Below are positions 1-6,616 of a DNA stretch of 12,100 nt, piece after piece. Under the pieces are notes generated by a model. The model searched no databases and had not been told where the DNA came from. It worked only from the letters and a program-made list of their open reading frames with translations. The translations under genes were made by a program, and so were the position numbers. Each line of letters opens with the position of its first letter. Positions within the stretch are counted from its first letter, which is position 1. The DNA is from Candidatus Caldarchaeales archaeon (GTDB lineage: Archaea > Thermoproteota > Nitrososphaeria_A > Caldarchaeales > Calditenuaceae): assembly GCA_032249095.1 (NCBI GenBank), contig JAVVGN010000057.1, positions 1-12,100 on the forward strand, written 5' to 3'.

Positions 1-280
1 GTACGAGAGGAACGGAGGGCCGGGGCCAACGGTGTACCGGTCGTCCTACAGGGCGGCGCCGGGTAGCCGCGCCCTTGAGGATAAGGGCTGAAAGCATCTA
101 AGCCCGAAGCCTCTCCCAAAAATAGGCGGCCGATCGGGGCCTATAGGGCTCGGCAACGGGCCTTGGGCTCCGACGAGGGCTCCCCTAGAAGAGGGGGTTG
201 ATGGGGTGGGCGTGTAAGGGTGGAGGCTTAGGCCGGACACCCTCAGCGCACCACTCCCAATCGCCCGAGCCGCTTAGGAA
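1..280 (+). rRNA. 23S (LSU) rRNA, 3'-terminal ~280 nt (partial; window starts inside the sarcin-ricin loop region)
   Basis: Window opens with GTACGAGAGGAAC (sarcin-ricin loop consensus AGUACGAGAGGAC). Further universal 23S blocks follow: CTGAAAGCATCTAAGC (88-103) and GTTGATGGGGTGGGCGTGTAAG (199-220), which is colinear with E. coli GUUGAUAGGCCGGGUGUGUAAG. The 3' end is placed by colinearity with the E. coli 3' tail and is uncertain by about 15 nt. GC is very high relative to the neighbouring genes. ORF 46..240(-) is spurious inside the rRNA. Confidence 0.9.
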
Positions 281-345
281 GCGGGGTGCGGCCTACGCTA
301 AAACGCTCCACACACGTGTGCGGCGCGCCCCTTGTAGATACTTAA

Positions 346-355
346 GGTATATTAA
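346..355 (+). promoter_or_regulatory. Archaeal TATA box candidate for the MFS gene
   Basis: GGTATATTAA lies in otherwise GC-rich sequence. Its centre is about 30 nt upstream of the ATG at 383, which predicts a short-leader or leaderless mRNA. The TTG at 365 would lie upstream of the predicted transcription start. Confidence 0.45.
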
Positions 356-382
356 TGTAGGGTCTTGCTGAATCTTCAAGAA

Positions 383-1600
383 ATGTTGGAGGAGGTTCGC
401 GGAAACTACAAGGCCATATATGGCAGGATCGGTATTTTGGGGTTCGTAGCCCTCGTGGACACCTCCATGATCTCGCCGGTCATAGCCTCTCACGCTCGGT
501 TCCTCGGGGCCGACTCCGTCACCGCGGGTGTGGTGGCGGGGCTCTACTCGGCGGTGGCCCTGCCGATGATCGCGCTCTCGGGGCTGCTTTCGGACAGGCT
601 CGGTAGGCGTAGGTTGCTCGCGGCTGGCCTGGCAGGAGACCTTCTCGCCATGCTCACCTACATGTTCGCTTCCAGTCCCCTCCACCTCCTCCTAGCCCGC
701 GTAGCCCACGCAGTCTGCGACTCCTTCATCGTCCCGCCGGCCCTCGCGTTGTTGGGCGACTCCTTCAGGGAGAGGGTCGCGGGGCCGCTCAGCGTCTTCT
801 GGGTCTTCGTCGCCACCGCCATAGTGCTGGGGTCGGGCTCTGCAAGCGCGCTAGTCGCGTCCCTCGGCTTCGTAGGCATATACATAGTCGTGACTGCCCT
901 TCTAGCGGTCTCCCTCCTCATGGTCCGCGGGCTTCCATCGCCTAAGCCAGCCTCCAGTACAACAGCCCCGGTAACACTTCTCCTTAGGAGGAACTGGGCG
1001 AGGCTCGCGGCATCCATGCTCACGATGCTGGGCATCTACCTACTCATAGGGGCAGTCATCGGGTCCCTCTCCTCCCTCCTGATAGACCGATATGGGTTCG
1101 CCGAGAGTGTGGCGGCGGCGCAGGTCGGCATCTTCATGGCCCTCTCAACCGCGGTGTCCATCCCCTTCTTCCCCCTCTCGGCCCGCGCCGCCTCAAGCCG
1201 CACACCGCTCATCCCGATAACCACCGGCCTCGCAGCAACCATCGCCACAGCCCTCGTCATGGAGTATGCGGCAGGACAGACTGCGGGACGCCTCGCGGCC
1301 TCGGCGGCCTTCGGCGTCTCGCTAGGATCGATAATCTTTACCTCCAGCTATCTAGCCGTGACGCTGCCGACGCGGGTTAGGGGTCTTGGATCTGGGCTGA
1401 GCCAGGTCTCAAGTCTCCTAGGGGTAGCTCTGGGCGCCCCACTCTCGGCCGCCTACATCCATACCGCGGGTCATCAGGGGCTCTTCATAGTCTTTGGAGC
1501 CGTGCCTGCGTTGGCGGCCCTAGCTTTTTCGGTGATCGTGAGGGAAAGGCTATTGAGGGTGGAGGAGCCGACTGCTAGCGCGGAGCTGACAGGCACTTAG
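383..1600 (+). CDS. Major facilitator superfamily (MFS) transporter
   Basis: The 365..1600 ORF is hydrophobic throughout, with about 11-12 predicted TM segments. The MFS loop 2-3 signature G-x-L-S-D-R-L-G-R-R-R is present (SGLLSDRLGRRRLL). The start is moved to the in-frame ATG at 383 because of the TATA position; the TTG at 365 is the alternative. Confidence 0.85.
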   Translation: MLEEVRGNYKAIYGRIGILGFVALVDTSMISPVIASHARFLGADSVTAGVVAGLYSAVALPMIALSGLLSDRLGRRRLLAAGLAGDLLAMLTYMFASSPLHLLLARVAHAVCDSFIVPPALALLGDSFRERVAGPLSVFWVFVATAIVLGSGSASALVASLGFVGIYIVVTALLAVSLLMVRGLPSPKPASSTTAPVTLLLRRNWARLAASMLTMLGIYLLIGAVIGSLSSLLIDRYGFAESVAAAQVGIFMALSTAVSIPFFPLSARAASSRTPLIPITTGLAATIATALVMEYAAGQTAGRLAASAAFGVSLGSIIFTSSYLAVTLPTRVRGLGSGLSQVSSLLGVALGAPLSAAYIHTAGHQGLFIVFGAVPALAALAFSVIVRERLLRVEEPTASAELTGT

Positions 1601-1901
1601 ATAGTTTGGCGTCTATAAGTCTGATCTTGGGTATCCGTATAGTGTTGTCTGTCCTTTCACCCTGAATATTGCTTCGTTTCCCCAGAAGTCTGACTGTATT
1701 GGGATGTTTTACGCGTTTTAGTTTAGGTCTCTCCTTCCTTATTCCTATCTCTTTCTCTTGTGTGTCCGGCTCTTAGTGAGTGCGGGGTTGGAGGATGACC
1801 CGATATCCGAGCGGGTGATGTGGATGGAGTGGGATGGTGGTGAGGTTTCAGTTGGTGGCGAGGCCATACGAGGTAAAGACACAGAATGAGGAGGTGGATA
1901 A

Positions 1902-2760
1902 GTGGTAGGTAGGGTCTTCGTAGACTTCGGACGTGGGAGGCTCTATGCTCTCCCAGAGGATGGTCAGGAGGTGGTGGTCCTCGGCGGCTTCCTAGAGATG
2001 TTTGACAGGTTGAGGCCGAGGGTTGTGGTGGCTGATAGTTATCCGAGGAAGCTTCAACCCACTATAACGCGGCTTGGCGGGGCTACGTACCTGAGGCTTA
2101 GGGATCTTAAAAAGCTCTCCGAGGAGCGAAGGAACAATGGTCTTAGGAAGACGGATGAGAATGATGTGAAGGCTCTAAGGCAGATATTCTATGAAGATCC
2201 AGATCTGTTCCAGCCACTCTATGCTTCTCCGTTGGAGCTTGAGGTTAGGGCTCTGGCGGAGCTTTGGGTGGAGATGGCTGGGATAAAGAAAATGGTAAAG
2301 CATACGCGTACTATAACGGCGAGCCCGTTAGCAGCCGAGACCCACAAAGTACTTCAACGCTACGCCGACAGGCTGACAACTCGGATTCATGAAAAGGTTA
2401 TGGAGCTACCGCTCTACAGTATGGCCGTCGAGAGGCTTGGTCTTAAAGGAGGCGACACTAGCATATATCATCTCCCACGACACCACCCCCTTCAAAACAT
2501 TGTCTAGGACTGGGTTGGAGACGCGTTATGAGGTGTTCAGACGGCCTTGGAGGGGTAGAGGATTACGGAGCCAACTACTGATGCAATTGGCATACGCAAC
2601 AGTCACACATAGAAATAAGAGGTATCTAACAATCTATGAGTGCTGTCGTCGGAGGGGTAAGAAGCATTGGCGGGCAATCCTACGCGTGGCGAAAAGAATC
2701 CTCAGAGACGTCAGGAGACTAGCGATAGAAGCCCAGGAGGCCGGGCCGGCTCCAGCCTGA
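1902..2760 (+). pseudogene. IS110-family DEDD recombinase/transposase split into two overlapping frames (1902..2507 and 2389..2760)
   Basis: N-terminal part: VFVDFGRG (first Asp), VVVADSY, and LRKTDENDVKAL, which matches the IS110 K-T/N-D-x-x-D-A-x-x-L block. C-terminal part in the +1 frame: GLRSQLLMQLAYA...RRRGKKHWRAILRVAKRILRDV, which matches the Transposase_20 tail (RGK..A..AvARKLl). A GTG start at 1902 is preceded by GGAGGTG (1890-1896). A single-base indel near 2457-2460 would fuse ...GLKGGDT to LAYIISHD... Confidence 0.75.
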
Positions 2761-2898
2761 CGGAGAAAAAAAACCCAGAAGGCTGGAGCGGCCTGACTTA
2801 GATTCCCGACCACTCCACGGAGATAGCTCTATGGAGTGGCGTGGCCCGGACCACTATTCCCTCCCGGTCTTCTGGGTTTCTCTAATGTCAGGCTGGAG
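2750..2898. ncRNA. Candidate structured RNA or DNA element made of nested stems (possible IS110-type bridge/seek RNA); strand undetermined
   Basis: Outer stem: 12-bp perfect, 2750-2761/2887-2898. Second stem: 16 bp, 2771-2786/2864-2879 (14 Watson-Crick plus 2 G-U). Apical hairpin: 2810-2817/2832-2839 plus 2819-2822/2827-2830, with an ATAG loop. A large internal loop remains (2787-2809 and 2840-2863). All pairs were checked by hand. Confidence 0.4.
2766..2773 (-). terminator. T8 tract on the minus strand (A8 on plus); candidate oligo-T terminator
   Basis: Read on the minus strand, the 16-bp stem is followed immediately by TTTTTTTT. A T5 run (2899-2903 on minus) also lies 75 nt downstream of the DHPS stop. 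Archaeal termination uses oligo-T runs. Confidence 0.3.
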
Positions 2899-2978
2899 AA
2901 AAACTAACCCCTCCCCCTTCTTTCCCCTCTTCTCACATTTACATACGTGTTTAGCCCTTATCTGCTCTGCTCTTCTTG

Positions 2979-3881
2979 CTAGATAGTGGTCCTGCCGAGG
3001 ACTAGTGAGGCTACCCTCACAGCGTCTAGGCTCTCGGCCGGGTTGTGGGTCCTGATGAGGTCCGCGCCATTAAGGACGGCGAGGGCTTCGGCGGCGACCG
3101 AGCCGTAGAGTCTCTCGCCAGGGTCCTCCTTCCCCGTGACCTTTCCTATGAAGCTCTTCCTAGATACGCCGACGCAGATCGGATAGCCTAGTCCCTGCAG
3201 CTCGCCAAGCCTCCTTAAGATTTCTCCGTCCACGAGGTACCACTTCTTCGCGTGCCTCCTGTGAAAACCGATCCCCGGATCCACGATGATTCTCTCGGGC
3301 TCGACCCCCATGTTCAGCGCGGTCTCGACCGAGGACCTAAGCTGACCCAAGACTCCCTCCATCACGTCCACGTCACCGCTCACGTCGCTAGCCATGACTA
3401 TGAGCGATGCCGAGTATTCTTTTACGAGCCGCGCTATCTCGGCCGAGTGCCTCAGCCCCCTCACGTCGTTAATCATCTCGGCTCCCTCGCTCAGCGCCAC
3501 CTCCGCGGGCCTGAGCCTGAAGGTGTCAGCGGAGATTGGGACATTAACCGCCCCCCTTACAGCCCTTATCGCGGATCTAAGCCTCTCAGCCTCCACTTCC
3601 TCGCTGATCCAGACCTCCTTGTAGGGCGCGCTGGACATCCCACCGACATCGATTATCTCGGCCCCAGCCTCAACCATCCGGGCTGCGGCCTCGGCCGCCT
3701 CCTCGGGAGTGCTCTTAACGCTCCCCGGGAAGAAAGACTCTGGGCTAACATTGATTATGCCCATGACCCTGACGGGCTGGCCCTCACCCACTAGGAGCCG
3801 CCCGACACGCGCGACCCGCGTTCCCGCAGAGCGATACATGCTATAGGCCCGCGCCGCTAAGCCATTATTGAGTGGTACCAC
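2979..3881 (-). CDS. folP: Dihydropteroate synthase-like pterin-binding protein (DHPS family)
   Basis: DHPS motifs appear in order: MGIINVSPESFFPGS, IIDVGGMSSAPY, PISADTF...GAEMINDV, IIVDPGIGF, VGVSRKSFIG, IRTHN. The ORF-track start at 3881 is GTG and overlaps the upstream gene by 25 nt. The in-frame ATG at 3839 (MYRSAG...) is an equally plausible start. Confidence 0.85.
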   Translation of the reverse strand: MVPLNNGLAARAYSMYRSAGTRVARVGRLLVGEGQPVRVMGIINVSPESFFPGSVKSTPEEAAEAAARMVEAGAEIIDVGGMSSAPYKEVWISEEVEAERLRSAIRAVRGAVNVPISADTFRLRPAEVALSEGAEMINDVRGLRHSAEIARLVKEYSASLIVMASDVSGDVDVMEGVLGQLRSSVETALNMGVEPERIIVDPGIGFHRRHAKKWYLVDGEILRRLGELQGLGYPICVGVSRKSFIGKVTGKEDPGERLYGSVAAEALAVLNGADLIRTHNPAESLDAVRVASLVLGRTTI

Positions 3882-5014
3882 CTAAGGATGTATTCGGGGA
3901 GCTTCAGTCCCCTCTCCTGCAGACGGTCAACTAGGAAGAGGGGGATCGGGCTCGTGGCGAAGGCGGCCTTGATGTAGAAGTCGTTGGGTCTTCCGGGCGA
4001 GTATCTGGAGGGTATGTAGAGGGTGTAGTCTGAGAGCGACGCTATAGTCGAGTCCTTCGCCCCTACTATCGAGGCCACAACTCCTCCCATCTTCTTGAAG
4101 CTCTTGCACCAGGTGGCGACAACCTCTGTCTCCCCGCTGTGGGAGACGACTATCAGGAGGTCGCCGGCCCTAGGGGGCGGCGTGTTCGTGTCACCCGAGA
4201 CATAAACCTGGTCCCCTATAGCCCTCTTCACGTGGCTTAACCTGACTCCCGTCATTCTGGCCACCTCCCTGCTGCTGCCCAAGCCTGCCAGGTAGCACAC
4301 CCCCCTCCTCTCGAGAAGCTCGACGAGCGTGTGGAGGAAGTCCGACTTGACGACGCTTTCAACTATCTCGTTGGTCTCCGTTAGGAGCCTGTTGATCTTA
4401 TCGGAGATCGTGTTTGCATCGCTGTCCTCATAGATGCATTCTGCGACCGCCTGTAGCACGATGCAGGCGGAGAGTATGAAGATGTCCTCCAGTATCCCGT
4501 ATTGCTTGAACTCTGAGGTTAGTGAGTTCTCCTCGGAGACCGTCCTGCCCTTCACGTATGTGCAGGTCCCATACTTCTGTCCCAGCTTCCCGATGGGGGA
4601 CTCAGGGTCGCTCGTGACTACGTCTATCGTGTAGTCCCCCGTCTTCCCGGGCTTTGAGATGAGGAGGGCGAGCTTCTGAGCATCAACTAGAGGGATCAGG
4701 GATCTTCCGCTGCCTGACAGGATGAGGAGGCTCACTCTCCCAAACCTCTGCCACAGCTTCAGGGCTGCTTGGCCGAAGTCCCTGTCGGCGAATCCCACGT
4801 CGCTCCTGTCGACCACTATCTTGCCCCTGTCCATCTTGGCGAGCTCGCTGCAGACGATGCTTACCGCCCCCTTGCTGCGGCCCTCGCCGTGCGGCACTAT
4901 GACCCCCGCTGACTTGAGGTCTTTGTAGAGGTCCGCCACCTGCCTCACATCAACCTCCGATATGTTCTGGATAACGTTATTCATGAAGCCGAGGCTGCTC
5001 CTCAGTAGAGCCAT
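3857..5014 (-). CDS. Tandem SIS-domain (phosphosugar isomerase/binding, PHI-like) protein
   Basis: Two SIS-like halves are present. First half: VPHGEGRSKG...LLILSGSGRS. Second half: YLAGLGSSREVARMTGVRLSHV...DLLIVVSHSGETEVV...VASIVGAKDSTIASLSDY. The specific activity cannot be assigned from the sequence. Confidence 0.7.
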   Translation of the reverse strand: MALLRSSLGFMNNVIQNISEVDVRQVADLYKDLKSAGVIVPHGEGRSKGAVSIVCSELAKMDRGKIVVDRSDVGFADRDFGQAALKLWQRFGRVSLLILSGSGRSLIPLVDAQKLALLISKPGKTGDYTIDVVTSDPESPIGKLGQKYGTCTYVKGRTVSEENSLTSEFKQYGILEDIFILSACIVLQAVAECIYEDSDANTISDKINRLLTETNEIVESVVKSDFLHTLVELLERRGVCYLAGLGSSREVARMTGVRLSHVKRAIGDQVYVSGDTNTPPPRAGDLLIVVSHSGETEVVATWCKSFKKMGGVVASIVGAKDSTIASLSDYTLYIPSRYSPGRPNDFYIKAAFATSPIPLFLVDRLQERGLKLPEYILRWYHSIMA

Positions 5015-5040
5015 TCGCGCTATCGTGTAGCGTTCCGCGT

Positions 5041-5050
5041 CTTATAAAAT
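5041..5050 (-). promoter_or_regulatory. TATA box candidate for the SIS/DHPS gene pair
   Basis: The minus strand reads ATTTTATAAG, centred about 30 nt upstream of the ATG at 5014. It overlaps the stop codon of the upstream GcvH/TusA-like gene. Confidence 0.45.
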
Positions 5051-5736
5051 TATTTTCCCGGCCGACGGGTGGCCGAGCTTCTCACAAGCGCGTGTATGAT
5101 GCGCCCCATTACCCTGTAGCCCAGAACCTCGTTTCCAGTTATCTCCCCCCACTTCTCCAGATCCCTCTCGGCGCCCTGATTGTAGTCCGCTACCACGTGT
5201 ATGAGGGCGCCACTAGGATATCCCTCAATCTTATCTGAGAGGACCATTAGGAGCTGGCTACAGTCGATTCCGAGCGCCGCATAGACATAGTCAGGCGGCT
5301 CGTCGAAGCAGACAATCCCCCTCGAGCTGATCATTTCCTCCAAGACGCTCCGCGCCTCCTCCCAACGCATGAGCCTACCCACATAACCCCCTTCCAGGGG
5401 GCTGACTGAGCAGAGCCAGTTGTCCTCACGCGGAGGCCTCTGTAGTAGCGCGGGGTTCTCCGCGACGACTCTATTAACCTCATCTATCCTGAGGCTGAAG
5501 GGGGCGGCTAGGTGCCCCATGAAGCGGCGCGACTCGACGAAGCAGATTGAGCGGCCCGCCTCGACGGTTGATCCCACGGGCTTGGGGCGTATGGAGACGA
5601 TCTTGCCCCAGAGGGTCTGAGTAACCTGCAGTACGCCCACCCTGAGTCTGCCCTCGTCTATCTCTGAGAGCCACAAAAAACTTTCAAGAAAGTAGTATGC
5701 ATCTCGGGGGAAAGTGCAGCCGGCCAGTTCCTCCAT
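5050..5736 (-). CDS. Fusion protein: N-terminal GcvH-like (lipoyl-domain fold, lipoyl Lys replaced by Arg) plus C-terminal TusA/SirA-like domain
   Basis: The N-terminal half aligns colinearly with E. coli GcvH (VGV..., PKPVGSTVEAGRSICFVESRR..., APFSLRIDEVN...NPALL...NW). It has ESRR where GcvH has ESVK. The C-terminal half aligns with E. coli TusA: ALGIDCSQLLMVL against ALGLRCPEPVMMV, then ALIHVVADYNQGAERDL against TLLIIADDPATTRDI. The Cys is retained. Confidence 0.7.
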   Translation of the reverse strand: MEELAGCTFPRDAYYFLESFLWLSEIDEGRLRVGVLQVTQTLWGKIVSIRPKPVGSTVEAGRSICFVESRRFMGHLAAPFSLRIDEVNRVVAENPALLQRPPREDNWLCSVSPLEGGYVGRLMRWEEARSVLEEMISSRGIVCFDEPPDYVYAALGIDCSQLLMVLSDKIEGYPSGALIHVVADYNQGAERDLEKWGEITGNEVLGYRVMGRIIHALVRSSATRRPGK

Positions 5737-5742
5737 GCCCGG

Positions 5743-6588
5743 TTACTTCTCGATCGGGAGACCCACGGCATTTCCCCACTCACTCCAGCTCCCGTCATAG
5801 TTCCTTACCCGCGGGTATCCGAGGAGCTCCCTCAAGACAAACCAAGTGACTGAGGATCTCTCGCCTATCCTACAGTATGTGATGACCTCTTTATCCGGTG
5901 TGACTCCAGCGGACTCGTAGAGCTTCCTCAGCTCCTCTATAGGTTTGAAGGTGCCGTCCTCGTTGAGAGCCCTCGCCCACGGGATGTTCACCGCCCCGGG
6001 TATGTGTCCACCCCTCTGAGCGTGCTCCGTCGGATATTCTGGGGGTGCAAGTATCTTGCCTGTATACTCGTCGGGGGACCTGACATCGACGAGGGCAACA
6101 TGGGGGCTGCCGAGCCTCACCCGGACATCCGGCAGTAGGATCCTATGCTCATACCTCACCCTCGCGACGACGTAGTTGGTTGGCGGGTAGCTGGGCGTGT
6201 CTTTGACGAGCTCCCTCTCCTCGGCGATCCACTTCTTTCTCCCGCCGTCCATAAGGCTTAGCTTCTCATGCCCGTATAGCCTCGCGACCCAGAAGGCGAA
6301 GGCGGCGAACCAGTTGTTGAAGTCGCCGTAGAGGACTATGTGCATATCGTTCGAGATTCCGCTCCTCGAGCAGAGGGCCGCGAAGCCCTCCTTGCTTACT
6401 ATGTCCCTCGTGAGGGGGTCGTTGATGTCTCTCTTCCAGTCCCACAGGACGGCTCCCCGGATGTGGCCCTGATAGTAGGCCGTCTGCGGGTCATAGTCAA
6501 CCTCCACGATCCTCACCTCGGGATTGTCCAGATTCTTCTGGACCCACTCCGTCGAGACAAGCGAGGGTACGGTAGATTTGCTGCTCAT
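5743..6588 (-). CDS. Tandem-rhodanese thiosulfate/3-mercaptopyruvate sulfurtransferase
   Basis: 281 aa with two rhodanese repeats. The active-site loop CRIGERSS is followed by DGSWSEWG in the C-terminal repeat, which is the CRxGxR thiosulfate-sulfurtransferase type. The stop lies 6 nt upstream of the next gene's start. Confidence 0.9.
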   Translation of the reverse strand: MSSKSTVPSLVSTEWVQKNLDNPEVRIVEVDYDPQTAYYQGHIRGAVLWDWKRDINDPLTRDIVSKEGFAALCSRSGISNDMHIVLYGDFNNWFAAFAFWVARLYGHEKLSLMDGGRKKWIAEERELVKDTPSYPPTNYVVARVRYEHRILLPDVRVRLGSPHVALVDVRSPDEYTGKILAPPEYPTEHAQRGGHIPGAVNIPWARALNEDGTFKPIEELRKLYESAGVTPDKEVITYCRIGERSSVTWFVLRELLGYPRVRNYDGSWSEWGNAVGLPIEK

Positions 6589-6606
6589 AGTCTCGATATT
6601 ATCGGG

Positions 6607-6616
6607 CTATTATACT
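6607..6616 (-). promoter_or_regulatory. TATA box candidate for the rhodanese operon
   Basis: The minus strand reads AGTATAATAG, centred about 24 nt upstream of the ATG at 6588. This predicts a leaderless mRNA. Confidence 0.45.

Larger units (their letters stand above)
1601..2978 (+). mobile_element. IS110-family insertion sequence; the interval given is the maximum span between the flanking convergent genes and the exact ends were not determined
   Basis: 1378 bp separate two convergent stop codons (MFS 1600, DHPS 2979). The interval holds a DEDD-type IS110 recombinase reading frame plus about 300 nt upstream and 218 nt downstream of non-coding sequence. GC is lower than in neighbouring genes. 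No terminal inverted repeats were seen, which is typical of IS110. Confidence 0.65.

Noticed and set aside
46-240. 64-aa minus-strand ORF
   Set aside because: It lies entirely within conserved 23S rRNA sequence. The translation is Pro/Gly/Ser-rich and typical of GC-rich non-coding DNA.
343-352. 10-mer TAAGGTATAT shared by 343-352 and 10260-10269
   Set aside because: Both copies are TATA-box regions of promoters. The shared sequence is essentially TATA consensus plus four bases, so functional convergence or chance is sufficient. No extended repeat surrounds either copy.
293-1260. Minus-strand ORFs 293..685, 658..1035 and 1036..1260
   Set aside because: They are antisense shadows of the MFS transporter gene. 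The translations are Arg/Pro/Ala-rich with no motif, whereas the sense frame has a clear MFS signature and TM periodicity.
1725-1765. Pyrimidine-rich tracts (1725-1765, 2905-2978, 11745-11800), considered as a dispersed repeat family or MITE
   Set aside because: The similarity is compositional (CT-rich low complexity) with only short shared words such as TATTCCT and CGGCTCT. No alignable repeat unit or terminal inverted repeats were seen.
3252-3794. Plus-strand ORFs 3252..3794 and 3394..3624 (also 3927..4109, 4434..4634, 4722..4928, 5420..5620, 5480..5674)
   Set aside because: They lie antisense to, or out of frame within, well-supported DHPS, SIS and GcvH/TusA-like genes. No recognisable motifs are present, and long shadow ORFs are expected at this GC content.
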